Source: Rickettsiales bacterium (GTDB lineage Bacteria; Pseudomonadota; Alphaproteobacteria; Rickettsiales; UBA3002). Taken from it: DNA of 64,000 bases. The stretch lies in assembly GCA_037968615.1 (NCBI GenBank), contig JBBKVX010000060.1, positions 1,336-65,335 on the forward strand, written 5' to 3'. A program made the translations under genes and the position numbers. Positions within the stretch are counted from its first letter, which is position 1. Each line of letters starts with the position of its first letter. Of this stretch, positions 55,390 through 64,000 are shown one piece after another. The notes below the pieces were generated by a model, which worked only from the letters and a program-made list of their open reading frames with translations, had not been told where the DNA came from and did no database searches.

Positions 55390-57504
55390 ATGGCCCGTCC
55401 ACAACCGCAACATGTCGCGGAGGAAACTCCGCTGATTGAAGAACAGGTCGATACCGGCCTGCAAGCGCTGCTCGACGGCTACCGCTCCAGCTACAACCCT
55501 GCGGGCGAAAAGAAGGACGACCTCCTCAAGCGCTTCACCCTTCTACCGCATCAGCCGCTCCCCGAATTCGATAATCCGTTCGCTAAGGCCTACGCCGCGA
55601 CCGACGATTTCAATACCAGCCGCAGCATCTACGCCATGGTGTGCGAAAGCACGTTGCCCTACCGCACCCACACCATTCAAGCAATGATCGGCAGCACCGC
55701 CGCCAACCTCGCCGCCGTGCTGGGCGCAGGCACGGTGCATTGCTCGCACCTCAACGAATCGCGCTACGTGCTGTTCATCGAATTGCCCTCCGGCAACCGC
55801 TTGTCCGATTTGGTAAAAGCCCAGTCGCGCCTGCACGAACATAAAATCATCGACCATGTGCTGCAGCCCATCGTGCGGGCACTACTTGCCATGCGCGAGA
55901 AAAAGGTCAGCCACGGCAATATCTATCCCGGTTCGGTGTTTGTGGGTGGCGACCAGACCATCCTTGGCGAATGCTATTCCATGCCCTGCGGCACGTTAAG
56001 CCATTACCTCTACGAACCGCTGGAACGCTTGATGTGCGACCCGCTCGGCCGCGGCGAAGCCACCGAGGAAAGCGACGTTTATTCCCTCGGCATCCTCGCC
56101 TTCGAGCTTATGTACGGGTTGGATAAATTCAAGGCGCTGCAGAAAGAGGATTTCCTCAAACTGGCGATGCGTCTCAGCACTTACCAAATCTTTGCCAACA
56201 ACCGCGATTTCTCCGATGCGTTCCAAGATTTCTTCCGCGGCGTGCTGAACGACAACCCCACCGAACGCTGGGGGCTCGACCAGTTGGTGCAATGGCTTGG
56301 CGGCAAACGCTTCAACATGACGGCCCCGGCCGCGCCCAAGGAAGCGGCACGCCCCTTCGCCTTCGCGGGCGAGAATTTCTTTAGCCGCCGCCTGCTGGCG
56401 CACGCTTTCCACCGCAATTGGCGCGAGGCGGTGAAGGACATCAAGACCATGAAGCTCGAACGCTGGTGCGAGACCAGTCTGCACCGCCCCGAAATGGCCG
56501 AGAAGGTCGAACGCGCCCTGCGCATCGCTGGCGAAGCCTCCACCGATCGCCACGTGAGCGACATGATGACGCGCATCATCGCCATCCTCGACCCCACCGG
56601 GCCGATACGCAGCCTGTCGCTTTCCCTGCGCCCCGACGCCATCGGGCTGATGCTCGCCGACATGATCGCCCAAGGCAACAACGCCGACGCCAACCAACTG
56701 CTCGGCATGATCGAGACCGATGTTTCCAGCTATTGGGCCGAGCTGTCGGAAGCCAACAAGCCCGGCGAAATGAGCAACGCACTGTGGAAACTGCAGCGCA
56801 TGAAGGGCTTCCTGAAGAAAAAGAACATCGGTTTCGGCCTCGAACGGGTGCTGTACGACCTTAACCCCTCGCTGCCATGTCAGTCCGACCTACTGAAACC
56901 GTACCACATCACCACCTCCACCGAATTGCTGAAAGCGCTGGATGCGTTGGCGCACAATCTTGCTCCCGAAATGGCCTTCACCGACCGCCACATCGCCGCT
57001 TTCGTCGCCAGCCGTGTCGATATCGGTAAGGACATCAGCCTGAGCGACCTGATCACCATTCCCAAACTGCTGCATAACGAGGAGCTGATCGTTCTCAAAA
57101 TCCTCGCCAAAGCGCAGAACAAGGCCGACAAAAAAGAGAAGATAGAACTGATCGGCCTCTGCACTTGGGCCGCCATGCGCATCGAGAAAATGATCGACGA
57201 GATCCATAACCGCGTGCTGCGCAAACGCCTGAAACTGCAACTGCGCAAGCTGGCTGGCACCGGCAAGCTCGACGACGTGCTCGGCGCCATCGTCAACCGC
57301 GATGTGGCCACGCGCGATTACGAAGGCTTCGCCAAAGCCATCGCCCTGCACGAGATCAACCACAAAAAAATCGAACGGTTCGAGAATCCGAAACTGCAAA
57401 CCCATCTGGCGAACGAGATGGGTGGAAAAATGGCGACCATGGCCAGCTATTTTGTGCTGGTGGTCACCAGCTACATTGTCGTTTCACATCTGCTCGGGTT
57501 TTAG
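55390..57504 (+). CDS. Protein-kinase-fold protein, predicted pseudokinase, with a long helical C-terminal region (704 aa)
   Basis: SDVYSLGILAFELMYG (subdomain IX) and NPTERWG (XI) are present. The catalytic loop reads VSHGNIYPGSVF rather than HRDxKPxN, and no DFG motif is seen. Confidence 0.7.
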   Translation: MARPQPQHVAEETPLIEEQVDTGLQALLDGYRSSYNPAGEKKDDLLKRFTLLPHQPLPEFDNPFAKAYAATDDFNTSRSIYAMVCESTLPYRTHTIQAMIGSTAANLAAVLGAGTVHCSHLNESRYVLFIELPSGNRLSDLVKAQSRLHEHKIIDHVLQPIVRALLAMREKKVSHGNIYPGSVFVGGDQTILGECYSMPCGTLSHYLYEPLERLMCDPLGRGEATEESDVYSLGILAFELMYGLDKFKALQKEDFLKLAMRLSTYQIFANNRDFSDAFQDFFRGVLNDNPTERWGLDQLVQWLGGKRFNMTAPAAPKEAARPFAFAGENFFSRRLLAHAFHRNWREAVKDIKTMKLERWCETSLHRPEMAEKVERALRIAGEASTDRHVSDMMTRIIAILDPTGPIRSLSLSLRPDAIGLMLADMIAQGNNADANQLLGMIETDVSSYWAELSEANKPGEMSNALWKLQRMKGFLKKKNIGFGLERVLYDLNPSLPCQSDLLKPYHITTSTELLKALDALAHNLAPEMAFTDRHIAAFVASRVDIGKDISLSDLITIPKLLHNEELIVLKILAKAQNKADKKEKIELIGLCTWAAMRIEKMIDEIHNRVLRKRLKLQLRKLAGTGKLDDVLGAIVNRDVATRDYEGFAKAIALHEINHKKIERFENPKLQTHLANEMGGKMATMASYFVLVVTSYIVVSHLLGF

Positions 57505-57506
57505 AT

Positions 57507-58043
57507 ATGAGTACAGCAGCCATGGCATCCGAACCCAAAGCAACAAAAGACACCGCCGCATCTGCGCGTCCGCGCATGCGTCAGCGTAATAAAATTCTGC
57601 TCATCCTGTTCAGTCTGATCATGATGGGCGTGCTGCGCACCGGGTTCATGCTCATCCTCATCGGCCTGCTGCCCGCCATCGTGACCTACTACACCGACAC
57701 CACGCGCAAGCACTATATGTTCAAATCGGTATTCGCCTGCAACCTCGCGGGCATGATGCCGTTCATCGGCCAGTTATTGCATAACGGCCCCCGCTCCAGC
57801 ATCATGCAGGACATCATGGGCGATGGCAGCAACTGGATGATCATCTACGGCTCGGCCTTCATAGGCTGGCTGATGGTAAAAACCGCACCTATGATTGCAC
57901 TCACGCTCATCAATGGGTTCCACGGCACGCAGATCGCGCGGCTGAAAAGCAACCAACGGCGCATCGAGAACGAGTGGGGCAAGGAAGTGACGCAGTTCAG
58001 CAAAAGACCCGAGGAACCGGAAGATAGTTTCTGGGGTATCTAG
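57507..58043 (+). CDS. Membrane protein (178 aa, ~4 TM), co-operonic with the pseudokinase
   Basis: Its ATG lies 2 nt after the upstream stop. Hydrophobic segments; no motif recognised. Confidence 0.6.
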   Translation: MSTAAMASEPKATKDTAASARPRMRQRNKILLILFSLIMMGVLRTGFMLILIGLLPAIVTYYTDTTRKHYMFKSVFACNLAGMMPFIGQLLHNGPRSSIMQDIMGDGSNWMIIYGSAFIGWLMVKTAPMIALTLINGFHGTQIARLKSNQRRIENEWGKEVTQFSKRPEEPEDSFWGI

Positions 58044-59131
58044 GCGGTGATCCAGCCACCGCCCAGCACGCGGTCGCCATCGTAAAGCACACAGGCTTGC
58101 CCGGGCGCGATGCCCTCGTAAGGTAACGCCAGCCGCAGCAGCGCTTTGTCGCTGGCAAGCTCCACCACACTGGCTTCCTGCGGTTTCTGCGCCGAGCGCA
58201 TTTTCACTTTCATCGTCGCGGCGGGGGCCATCTCGGCCAGCCAGTTCATTTCCTTGATGCGCACGTCCTGCTGCTTCAACGCCTCGCGCGGGCCCACGAT
58301 CACCTTGCGCTCCGCAGCATCCAGCTTCACCACATACAGCGGCTCGGCGCTGCCGCTCACCAGCCCTTTGCGTTGCCCCACCGTGTAATGGATGATGCCC
58401 TGATGCGCGCCAAGAATGCGCCCATCCACATGCACGATCTGCCCCGGCTGCGCCGCGTCGGGCCGCAATTTCTCAATTACCTTGGCGTAGCCGCCGGTGG
58501 GCACGAAACAAATATCCTGGCTGTCTGGCTTATCCGCGATCTCCAGCCCGAACCCATGCGCCAGCGCACGCGTTTGCTCCTTCGTCAGCCCACCCAGCGG
58601 GAAGCGCAGGAAATCCAGTTGCTCTTGCGTGGTGGCGAACAGGAAATAACTCTGGTCTTTGTCCGGGTCGGCACCGCGATGCAGCTCGGCCTTGCCGTTC
58701 TCCATCACCCGCTGCACGTAATGCCCCGTTGCCATGCAATCCGCGCCAAGGTCGCGCGCCGTCGCCAGCAGGTCTTTGAACTTCACCGATTGGTTGCAGC
58801 GAATGCACGGCACCGGCGTCGAACCGCTCAGATAGGTCTCGACGAAATCATCCATCACCGCGTCTTTGAATTTCGATTCGTAGTTCAGCACGTAGTGCTT
58901 AATGCCCAGCGTATCCGCCACGCGCTTGGCGTCGTGGATGTCCTGCCCAGCGCAGCAGGCGCCCTTCTTGCCCACGGCCACGCCATGGTCGTAAAGCTGC
59001 AGCGTAATGCCGATGACCTCGTATCCCTCGCTGTGCAACTGCGCCGCGACGGTCGACGAATCCACGCCCCCGGACATCGCTACCACGACGCGGGTTTGGC
59101 TTTCAGGCTTGTCGAATCCAAGTGTGTTCAT
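58040..59131 (-). CDS. mnmA: tRNA 2-thiouridine(34) synthase MnmA
   Basis: [14 protein letters not shown]-loop and conserved Cys residues (PCIRCN). Confidence 0.95.
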   Translation of the reverse strand: MNTLGFDKPESQTRVVVAMSGGVDSSTVAAQLHSEGYEVIGITLQLYDHGVAVGKKGACCAGQDIHDAKRVADTLGIKHYVLNYESKFKDAVMDDFVETYLSGSTPVPCIRCNQSVKFKDLLATARDLGADCMATGHYVQRVMENGKAELHRGADPDKDQSYFLFATTQEQLDFLRFPLGGLTKEQTRALAHGFGLEIADKPDSQDICFVPTGGYAKVIEKLRPDAAQPGQIVHVDGRILGAHQGIIHYTVGQRKGLVSGSAEPLYVVKLDAAERKVIVGPREALKQQDVRIKEMNWLAEMAPAATMKVKMRSAQKPQEASVVELASDKALLRLALPYEGIAPGQACVLYDGDRVLGGGWITA

Positions 59132-59172
59132 GCGCGGGATATAGCGTTTCTGCGAAAAAATGCAAATTAAGC

Positions 59173-60283
59173 TTAATCCACGCTGCCTTTTACCTTCGCG
59201 GCCAAGCTCGTGCTCACGAACAGATCGATGTCCCCATCCAGCACACCTTGGGTGTTGCTGGTTTCCACGTTCGTGCGGAGGTCTTTCACCATCTGGTAGG
59301 GATGCAGCACGTAGCTGCGGATCTGGTTGCCCCAGCTATTGTCGGTTTTCCCAGCGTTCAGCGCGTCCGTGGCGGCTTCCCTTAACTCCAGCTCGCGCTC
59401 GTAAATTCGGGCGCGGAGCATTTTCCATGCTTCCTCGCGGTTCTGGTGCTGGCTGCGCTGCAGCTGGCACGCCACCACGATGCCGGTGGGGATGTGGGTG
59501 AGCCGCACGGCCGATTCCACCTTGTTCACGTTCTGCCCGCCCGCGCCGGAACTGCGGAACGTATCCACCTTCACGTCCTTCTCCTCGACGGTGATGTTGA
59601 TGCTCTCATCCACCTCTGGATACACCCACGCGCTGGCGAAGCTGGTATGCCGCCGCGCGTTGGAATCGTACGGCGAAATCCGCACCAGCCGATGCACGCC
59701 CGATTCCGTTTTCGCCCAGCCATAGGCGTTGGTGCCCGACAATTTGATGGTGGCCGATTTGATGCCCGCTTCGTCGCCGCTTTGCTCGTCGATCAGCTCC
59801 ACCTTGAACCCGCGCCGCTCGCCCCAGCGAATATACATGCGGTACAGCATGAACGCCCAATCCTGCGATTCGGTGCCGCCCGCGCCGGGATGGATCTCGA
59901 TGAAGCAGTTATTCCCATCCGCCTCGCCGCTCATCAGCGCTTCCAGCTCGGCGGTTTTAATTTCCTGCAGGAAGGTTTTGAGCTGGCCGGTGGCCTCGGC
60001 GGCGATGGCGTCGTCGCCCTCCTCCTCCGCCATCTCGATCAGCTCGTAGCTGTTGCGGAACCCGGCATCCATGCGCTTATAATTGGCGATGGCGTTCTCC
60101 ACCCGCGTGCGCTCTTTCAGCAGCTTCTGCGCATCGGTCGGGCTGTTCCACAGTTCTGGGTTTTCCGCCGCCGCGTTCAGTTCTTCGGCGCGTGCAATAA
60201 GGTTATCCCAGTCAAAGACACCTCCGCAGTAAAGCTTGCGACGCGTCGAACTGATCTTTCAGGGCAATGATTTCGGCTTTCAT
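59173..60283 (-). CDS. prfB: Peptide chain release factor 2, requires a programmed +1 frameshift
   Basis: A short frame-0 ORF ([26 protein letters not shown]) ends at CTT TGA C (60217-60211), preceded by GGAGG. The +1 frame continues [12 protein letters not shown]... into the 59173-60102 ORF, which carries SPF and GGQ ([10 protein letters not shown]). Confidence 0.95.
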
Positions 60284-60291
60284 GGAGTCTC

Positions 60292-62946
60292 CTAGTAGAG
60301 GCCGCCGGTGCCAGCACCGACATCGGTATTGGGGTTGAAGCCTTCCGGGTCGACCGGGCGCTGATAGGGGGCAAGTTCACCCGCATCCGGCGGGCTGTAG
60401 CCGTCGGTCGGCGCTTCGTTGCCCACTTCTTCCGGCGTCAGCAGGGGTGCTTGCTCCTGCGATCGGTTCTTGCGTTCTTCTTCCAGCTCGTTCGCGGGTT
60501 TGAAAATGGCCCCACCCGTGAGCAACGCTTCCTTAATGATGCTGGTGCCTTCCAGATCCTGCCCGTCGAACAGCGGCTGGCCGCTCAGGCGGTCGATGGG
60601 TATTTCGCGGATGCCGGGTGGCGGGGTGAATTCTTTCGCTGGCAGCTTGTCGCCTGCCTGCTGCATGAATTTGATGAACGCCTGAATCGGCACGCGCCCG
60701 CCCGTTTCTTTCGAGCCCAGCGAACGCGGCGTATCGAACCCGATATAGGTGCCGACCACAATCTCCGGCGTGTAGCCGATGAACCAGGTGTCGCGCGATT
60801 CGTTGGTGGTGCCGGTTTTGCCTGCAATGGGCCGCCCCAGCACGCGTGCGCCGCCGCCCGTGCCCCGCTGCACCGCGCCCTGCAAAATGGAAGTGATCTG
60901 GTACGCCACACGTGGATCTATCACGCGGTCGCGTTCGTCCTCCAACGTCGGCGCCGTACTGGTGCCGAGGTCGGGGTTCACGTTGGCGCATTGGTCGCAC
61001 AGGCGCGTGTCACGGCGGAAAATCGCCGTGCCGTTGCGGTCGTCGATGCGTTCGATCAACCATGGCGACACACGGCGGCCGCCATTGGCGATCATGCTGT
61101 ACGCGTTCACCAGCTTCATCAGCGTGGTTTCGTGCGCGCCCAGCACCATCGAGTAATTCTCGGGCGTGTTTTCTTCATCGTAAATGCCGAGGCGCTTGGC
61201 CACGCGTTTGATGCGCTTCAGCCCCACCATCTGCGCAATGCGCACGGTGATCAGGTTGCGCGATTTCTCCAGCCCGATGCGGAACGTGGTCGGCCCCATG
61301 AAATTGCCTTCGTAATTCTTCGGCTTCCATGTCGGCAGCCCCGGCCCTTGGCTCAGCTCCACCGGCGCATCCAGCACCACCGAGGTCGGGCTGAAACCAT
61401 TTTCCAGCGCCGTCAGATACACGAACGGTTTGAACACCGAACCCGGCTGGCGTTTCGCCTGCGTGGCACGGTTGAACTCCGAACCGCTGTAGGAATAGCC
61501 GCCGCTCAGCGCCAGTACCTTGCCGGTGCTCGGCTCCATCGCCACCAGCGCGCCGTTCACATCGGGGATCTGGATCAGCTTCATCGCCGTTTTGCTGTCG
61601 CCCACCGGCTCCACCAGAATCACATCGCCCACCGCCAGCACATCGCTCACACCCTTAATGGCGGGCCCGAGCAAACTGGTGGAAAGTTTTTTGCGCGCCC
61701 ACGTCACTTGCGCGGGCACCAGCGTGCCGTTGCCGCCATCCATAAGCCCCAGTTGCGCCAGCTGCGGCGTCACGGTTTTCACCACGGCCAATTGCTGGTC
61801 GTCGAACAGCGGCACGGATTTGTCGGCATGCACCTTGGCCAGCCCCGCTTGCCATTGGCCCATCTCGTTCTTCAGGTTCGCGATGGGGCCGCGATAGCCG
61901 TGGCGCTGATCGTAGAGCAGCAGCGCGTAACGCAGCGCCCGGTCGGCGTATTCCTGGAAATCCGGGTTCAGCGTCGTCTTCACGAACAGCCCGCCCTCGT
62001 ACACGATGTTATCGCCGTACATTTGTTTCAGCGCGCGGCGCACTTCTTCGGCGAAGAAATCGGCGCGGGCGATTTCGTCTTTGCCGCGCACGCGGGTCAG
62101 AATGGGCGTGCCTTTGGCGCGCGCATACTCGCCTTTATCGATGTAGCCATCCTCCAGCATGCGCCCCAGCACATAGTTGCGCCGCTGCAGCGCGCGCTGG
62201 TAGTTCTTCGCCGGGTCGAAATAAGCCGGGGCTTTGGGCAGGGCCGCAAGGAACGCGGCTTCCTCATTGTTTAGTTCGTCGAGCGATTTGTCGAAATAGT
62301 TGATGCTGGCCGCCGCCACGCCGTAGGTGCCCTGCCCCAGATAAATCTGGTTCAGGTACAGCTCCAAAATTTTCTCTTTGCTGTAGGTCTTGGAAATCCG
62401 CCACGCCAGCACGGCTTCTTTGATTTTACGCTCCAGCGATTTTTCCGAGGTGAGCAGGAAGTTCTTCACCACCTGCTGGGTAATCGTCGAGCCACCGACC
62501 ATCGATTTGCCACTGCCGATATTCGCGGCGTTCTCTTTCACCGCTCGCGCCAGCCCCCAGAAATCGACGCCCGCATGGCGGTAGAAATTCTGGTCCTCCG
62601 CCGAAATGAACGCGTGCTGCACGCTCACCGGAATCGCCGAGAGCGGCAGGAAGAAGCGTTTCTCTTTCGCGTATTCCGCCATTAGTTTGCTGTCGGCCGA
62701 ATAAAGCCGCGTCACCACCGCCGGGTCGTAATTGGAAAGCTGTGACGTCGAAGGCAGGTCTTTCGTGTAATGCTGAAAAATGGCCGCCACCACGATGGTC
62801 GCTGTCAGCAGCCCCAGAACGCCCGCCGCGAACAGCCATTGCAGCACCCGCACCCAACGCGGTACGCGGCGCCTGTTCGGCGTCTCGGGCGGCAGTTCAG
62901 CAGCAGGAGGGAGTGGGCGTTCCATAGGGTGTCGAGTTCTAGCCAC
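60292..62946 (-). CDS. mrcA: Penicillin-binding protein 1A (bifunctional transglycosylase/transpeptidase)
   Basis: EDQNFYRHAGVD, GGSTITQQ and RKIKE (GT51); SVFKP (SxxK), SRN and KTGTT (transpeptidase). An alternative start exists at 62928. Confidence 0.95.
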   Translation of the reverse strand: MARTRHPMERPLPPAAELPPETPNRRRVPRWVRVLQWLFAAGVLGLLTATIVVAAIFQHYTKDLPSTSQLSNYDPAVVTRLYSADSKLMAEYAKEKRFFLPLSAIPVSVQHAFISAEDQNFYRHAGVDFWGLARAVKENAANIGSGKSMVGGSTITQQVVKNFLLTSEKSLERKIKEAVLAWRISKTYSKEKILELYLNQIYLGQGTYGVAAASINYFDKSLDELNNEEAAFLAALPKAPAYFDPAKNYQRALQRRNYVLGRMLEDGYIDKGEYARAKGTPILTRVRGKDEIARADFFAEEVRRALKQMYGDNIVYEGGLFVKTTLNPDFQEYADRALRYALLLYDQRHGYRGPIANLKNEMGQWQAGLAKVHADKSVPLFDDQQLAVVKTVTPQLAQLGLMDGGNGTLVPAQVTWARKKLSTSLLGPAIKGVSDVLAVGDVILVEPVGDSKTAMKLIQIPDVNGALVAMEPSTGKVLALSGGYSYSGSEFNRATQAKRQPGSVFKPFVYLTALENGFSPTSVVLDAPVELSQGPGLPTWKPKNYEGNFMGPTTFRIGLEKSRNLITVRIAQMVGLKRIKRVAKRLGIYDEENTPENYSMVLGAHETTLMKLVNAYSMIANGGRRVSPWLIERIDDRNGTAIFRRDTRLCDQCANVNPDLGTSTAPTLEDERDRVIDPRVAYQITSILQGAVQRGTGGGARVLGRPIAGKTGTTNESRDTWFIGYTPEIVVGTYIGFDTPRSLGSKETGGRVPIQAFIKFMQQAGDKLPAKEFTPPPGIREIPIDRLSGQPLFDGQDLEGTSIIKEALLTGGAIFKPANELEEERKNRSQEQAPLLTPEEVGNEAPTDGYSPPDAGELAPYQRPVDPEGFNPNTDVGAGTGGLY

Positions 62947-62996
62947 TTGCCGGAGCGACTGCCAGCACTTTATTCCAATACCTCACACCCGTTACG

Positions 62997-64000
62997 CTAC
63001 TCTTTCATATAGGTATCGAGCGTGCGGATAATAGAAGTGGTGACGAGGTCGCCATACTCATGGCTGGCCAGCAGGCGCTCATCCGTCGCGTTGCTCAGGA
63101 AGCCCATTTCAATGAGGATGCTCGGCACATCCGGTGCTTTCAGCACGCGGAACCCTGCAAAGCGGTGCGTACTGGGCAGTTTGGTGATTTTGGGATGCAG
63201 CTCGGCCACCAGCGTATCGGCCAGCGTGGCCGATTTGTTCATCGTCTCGCGCTGCGTCAGGTCGATGAGGATGCTCGCCACATCTTCGTCCGCCGTGCCA
63301 AGGTCGAGCCCGGCGATGATGTCGGACTTGTTCTCCTGCTCCGCCAGCGCCGCCGCTTCTTCATCCGACGCGTTGTCGGACAGCGTATAGACCGAAAGCC
63401 CCTTGGCCTCCGCGCGCGGGTTGGAATCGGCGTGCAGGGAAATGAACACATCGGCGTTGGCGCGTCGCGCGATATCCACGCGGCCTTGCAACGGAATGTA
63501 TATGTCGGTCTCGCGGGTCAGCAACACGCGGTAGCGGCCGGTGCGCAGCAGGCCGTTCTTCACTTCTTTGGCCATGGCCAGCGTGACGGCTTTCTCGCGC
63601 GTGCCTTTTTTGCCCAGCGCGCCTGGGTCTTGCCCGCCATGGCCGGGATCGAGCACGATCAGCGGTTTTTTCACTTCGGCCACCACAGGCGGGGTCGGGC
63701 CATCGATGGCCGCGAATGGCGAGGCAGGAGCCGCCACCACCGGAACGCTCGGCGGCATCGGGGCCGAGGGCACAATTTCAATCACCAGTTGCGAACCTTC
63801 CGAGGTCGCCTTCACCAAACGCACCGGCACCGACACATCGATCACCAACCGCGAGGTGTTAGGGTCGAACTGCCCGAAACGCAGATTGGTAATAAGGTTG
63901 CCCGTGTAACCCGCCGGGCGCACGATGCCCGTGGCGCGGGCCTGCGGAATATCCACCACCACCCGGTCGGGGCTGGCCAGCAGGAAGCTTTTAGCAATGG
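62997..64000 (-). CDS. amiC: N-acetylmuramoyl-L-alanine amidase (AmiC-like, AMIN domain + amidase_3), 5' end beyond the window
   Basis: IVLDPGHGGQDPGA, ISLHADS and GFLSN motifs. The frame stays open to position 64000 (…FLLASPDRVVVDIP is AMIN-like). Confidence 0.88.
   Translation of the reverse strand, partial: IAKSFLLASPDRVVVDIPQARATGIVRPAGYTGNLITNLRFGQFDPNTSRLVIDVSVPVRLVKATSEGSQLVIEIVPSAPMPPSVPVVAAPASPFAAIDGPTPPVVAEVKKPLIVLDPGHGGQDPGALGKKGTREKAVTLAMAKEVKNGLLRTGRYRVLLTRETDIYIPLQGRVDIARRANADVFISLHADSNPRAEAKGLSVYTLSDNASDEEAAALAEQENKSDIIAGLDLGTADEDVASILIDLTQRETMNKSATLADTLVAELHPKITKLPSTHRFAGFRVLKAPDVPSILIEMGFLSNATDERLLASHEYGDLVTTSIIRTLDTYMKE

Noticed and set aside
1-64000. Looked for CRISPR arrays, rRNA operons, IS/transposase or integrase genes, toxin-antitoxin pairs and known defence-system signatures.
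   Set aside because: No regularly spaced direct repeats were seen, and none of the plausible ORFs has transposase, integrase, Cas, restriction-modification or TA-like motifs.

Overview
GC-rich (roughly 60% by eye) chromosomal segment whose gene content and synteny look alphaproteobacterial: tsaE-amgK-murU, recA near alaS, a CckA-like hybrid kinase, and a perfect CtrA-type TTAA-N7-TTAAC box. I cannot assign an organism. Most of the window is housekeeping: amtB, hisI, hisZ, purA, recA, alaS, icd, rnc, lepB, rimO, mnmA, prfB (with its programmed +1 frameshift), mrcA, amiC and two tRNA-Ser genes. A compact flagellar export/rod cluster lies at 21.6-27.6 kb, with csrA...fliO-fliP on the minus strand diverging from flgB-flgC-fliE-fliQ-fliR-flhB. 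Chemotaxis genes are also present (cheY-cheZ and two atypical soluble MCPs). Seven things seem most worth follow-up. (1) An orphan virB8-virB9 pair is divergently linked to two large, translationally coupled, Cys-rich secreted proteins with no recognisable domains. (2) A dispersed family of stand-alone prepilin-like genes has Ala at the -1 cleavage position, and a decayed copy sits beside one member. (3) A CckA-like kinase is split by a single in-frame TAA. (4) csrA heads a flagellar export operon. (5) A predicted pseudokinase and a membrane partner lie behind a CtrA box and a leader that can form alternative hairpins. (6) An AsnB-like protein with degenerate catalytic motifs is clustered with a GT2 and a large polytopic membrane protein. 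(7) A REP/MITE-like inverted repeat sits next to a GIY-YIG gene. No CRISPR array, rRNA, transposase or integrase was seen. The many long ORFs antisense to real genes are GC-driven shadow ORFs. All calls rest on motif recognition by eye, and no database search was run.
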